Source: a virus (Duplodnaviria > Caudoviricetes). Taken from it: DNA of 64,000 nt. The position numbers and the translations under genes are program-made. Position 1 is the first letter of the stretch, and each line of letters starts with the position of its first letter. Positions 62,330 through 64,000 of the stretch are shown here, in pieces. The notes below the pieces were generated by a model, which saw nothing but the letters and a program-made list of their open reading frames with translations, had not been told where the DNA came from and did not search any database. The stretch is taken from positions 20,111-84,110 of the IMG/VR virus record IMGVR_UViG_2823817231_000001; one strand, given 5' to 3'.

Positions 62330-62868
62330 TCCGCAAGATCCTCTCCCTCGCCCTTTCCCTGCTCACCGGCTCGCTCTGGCGCTGGCCGCTGGCGCTCCTG
62401 CGCTGGATTACCGCCACGCCTGCGCGGGCTTGGGCGGCAACAGCCATCCTCGCACTGGCGGCGGCTGGACTGCAGCACCGCCGCGCCGACCATTGGGAAG
62501 AGATCGCGCACCAGACCCAAACCTCATGGGATGCTCAAAACGCCCGCATCTTGGCGGCCGCACGCGCCGCCAATGCCCAATCGAACAAGGATGCCGCCCA
62601 TGCCGACACGAACCACACCGCGCTTGCCGCTGGCGGCAATGGCCGCTTTGCTGCCTATGCTGCTGATCACGGGGTGCGCCAAAACACACCCCATCGCCCC
62701 GGCCCCGTTCAGGCCGACCCTCCCGCACTTCCTGAAAGCCCCGCCCCCGACGCCATCATGGCGGACATCTCCCGCGTCTGGATCACCCGCTCCGACTGGC
62801 TGACCTGTGACGCCGATTGGGCCTATGCGCGCGCCGCGCATGATTGGGGCCAAGGGATCGGCGAATAG
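62326..62868 (+). CDS. Rz-like i-spanin
   Basis: TM plus coiled coil; homologous to 19288-19836. Confidence 0.75.
   Translation: MIRKILSLALSLLTGSLWRWPLALLRWITATPARAWAATAILALAAAGLQHRRADHWEEIAHQTQTSWDAQNARILAAARAANAQSNKDAAHADTNHTALAAGGNGRFAAYAADHGVRQNTPHRPGPVQADPPALPESPAPDAIMADISRVWITRSDWLTCDADWAYARAAHDWGQGIGE
62600..62803 (+). CDS. Embedded Rz1-like o-spanin lipoprotein
   Basis: Lipobox LITGC, Pro-rich tail, +1 frame. Confidence 0.7.
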   Translation: MPTRTTPRLPLAAMAALLPMLLITGCAKTHPIAPAPFRPTLPHFLKAPPPTPSWRTSPASGSPAPTG

Positions 62869-63023
62869 GCATAATGATATGGCGGTGCCCGCGCCCCCCA
62901 GCGCAGACACCGCCACATGCGATCCCGATGGCTCAATCGGCCAAACCGAGACCATCTTTTTATATGAGTTTTTTATACAATCAACCCGACACTATCGCGA
63001 AGATCAGCTTTAACTGAGCGATA

Positions 63024-63323
63024 GTGCCGAGCCTCAACAATGACAACAACCCGGCCCCCGCCAACACGCTGGCCGAGCTGATCGCCTTCGCCGATGGCGC
63101 GATCCTGTCTTACGATCCCGAAACCCACCATCTGGCCGCCACCCTGCCCGATGGCGCCACGGCCACGATCAAGGCCACCACCTCACGCTGGACGCGGAAA
63201 CGGTCCGCGCCACCGGCGACATTACCGCCAATGGCGATGTGGTTGCGGGTGGGATCAGCCTTAAGGGGCAAAGGCATGGTGGAGTTCAGGCGGGGGGGAG
63301 CGCAATGTGGCCCGGCAGTTTAG
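63024..63323 (+). pseudogene. Truncated, frameshifted P2 gpV-like baseplate spike remnant
   Basis: FADGAILSYDPETH..., then a shifted frame ATGDITANGDVVAGGISLKGQRHGGVQAGG. Confidence 0.75.
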
Positions 63324-63487
63324 ACCGAAGTTAGCTTGATCCAATCACATAGGGGTCGAAGAATGATAAAATGAAGTAATGTAAGCCGCATGGGTTACGT
63401 TGGGTCTGCCACAGCCTATCATGACAAGCTGGGCGAATTCATTGCTCTGCTGAACAAGCTAGCGGCAAATCTCGTAAAACGATCTTA

Positions 63488-64000
63488 ATGCGACCGTGTT
63501 ACCAGATGACGATGGCAAAGCTAGAGATCCTGTCCGGCGTGGTCGAGAACCTGAACGTGACACGAGAATCGCGGGGCAAATACGGCTCGATTCATACCGG
63601 TCGTTTTACGGTTACGAGCGTGCCCATTGAATATCAGGTCCAGTTCGGCGTTCTCCAGAAGGAGACGTTTCCCATCGCGGAGGGAGATAAGATAACCGTG
63701 GTCGGCCATATGCGCGATGCGACAGGAATGGTTGGCAAGGCGGTCCACATCGAACGAACAAACCAGTTTCTCGGCCAAAACTGGCTGTTGCCTGCATGCT
63801 TCATGGTTCCGTGCGCGATGGGAACATTGTTTGTCGCTGCTTCATCTCTTGGGCCGTCAGCTAGGTCCGCGCCCGGACATTGGGATGCATATGCTCTGGG
63901 CATTGTTGGAGTGGCGCTTGCTGCTGCCGGGCTTTGGCTGACTTTTCAAGCATGGCGGACATCCGCGATGTTGAGGGCTGCGCTGAACGACAAGTATTAA
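63488..64000 (+). CDS. Hypothetical membrane protein (OB-like N-terminus, two TM segments)
   Basis: ORF with two C-terminal hydrophobic helices. Confidence 0.6.
   Translation: MRPCYQMTMAKLEILSGVVENLNVTRESRGKYGSIHTGRFTVTSVPIEYQVQFGVLQKETFPIAEGDKITVVGHMRDATGMVGKAVHIERTNQFLGQNWLLPACFMVPCAMGTLFVAASSLGPSARSAPGHWDAYALGIVGVALAAAGLWLTFQAWRTSAMLRAALNDKY

Noticed and set aside
55423-63000. Diversity-generating retroelement, expected because the virion genes are BPP-1-like
   Set aside because: No reverse transcriptase, Avd or adenine-mismatched TR/VR pair is visible near the tailspike.
62870-64000. attR of prophage B
   Set aside because: No copy of the tRNA-Pro 5' sequence was found by eye; the end lies outside the window or has been lost.

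Overview
This high-GC alphaproteobacterial window (Sphingomonadaceae-like by inference) is made almost entirely of two tandem prophages. Prophage A (1-~20338) is the right part of an HK97-type siphovirus: capsid, neck, tail tube, tape measure, tail tip, tailspike and a GH108 lysis cassette. It ends at a 17-bp tRNA 3'-end fragment (20322-20338, putative attR). About 80 bp downstream, a host-type promoter drives only the 5' half of tRNA-Pro(TGG) (20418-20460), which abuts the tyrosine integrase of prophage B (~20418-62870). Prophage B is a temperate podovirus with BPP-1/T7-like virion genes: int/xis, RecET-like genes, a repressor/cro switch, lambda-like replication, terminase, portal, capsid, tail tubular and ejection proteins, a 2.3-kaa polyvalent protein, tailspike and GH24 lysis. 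It carries many morons: a RelE-HTH-third-gene triad, KTSC, HNH, HigBA, an NTF2-fold protein, NADAR and an OLD nuclease. The most notable signals read from the sequence are: (i) hairpin repeats that delimit the NADAR and NTF2 genes like integron cassettes, with no integron integrase; (ii) a LexA box next to a gene antisense to a repressor that lacks a peptidase domain; (iii) a five-copy late-promoter motif, CGCGATTCAA-N18-YA, four copies of which follow a moron; (iv) homologous tailspike bodies and spanin genes shared by the siphovirus and the podovirus; (v) a group I intron/tRNA-Leu relic upstream of the OLD gene. Family names come from recognised motifs, not database searches, and should be confirmed with HMMs.
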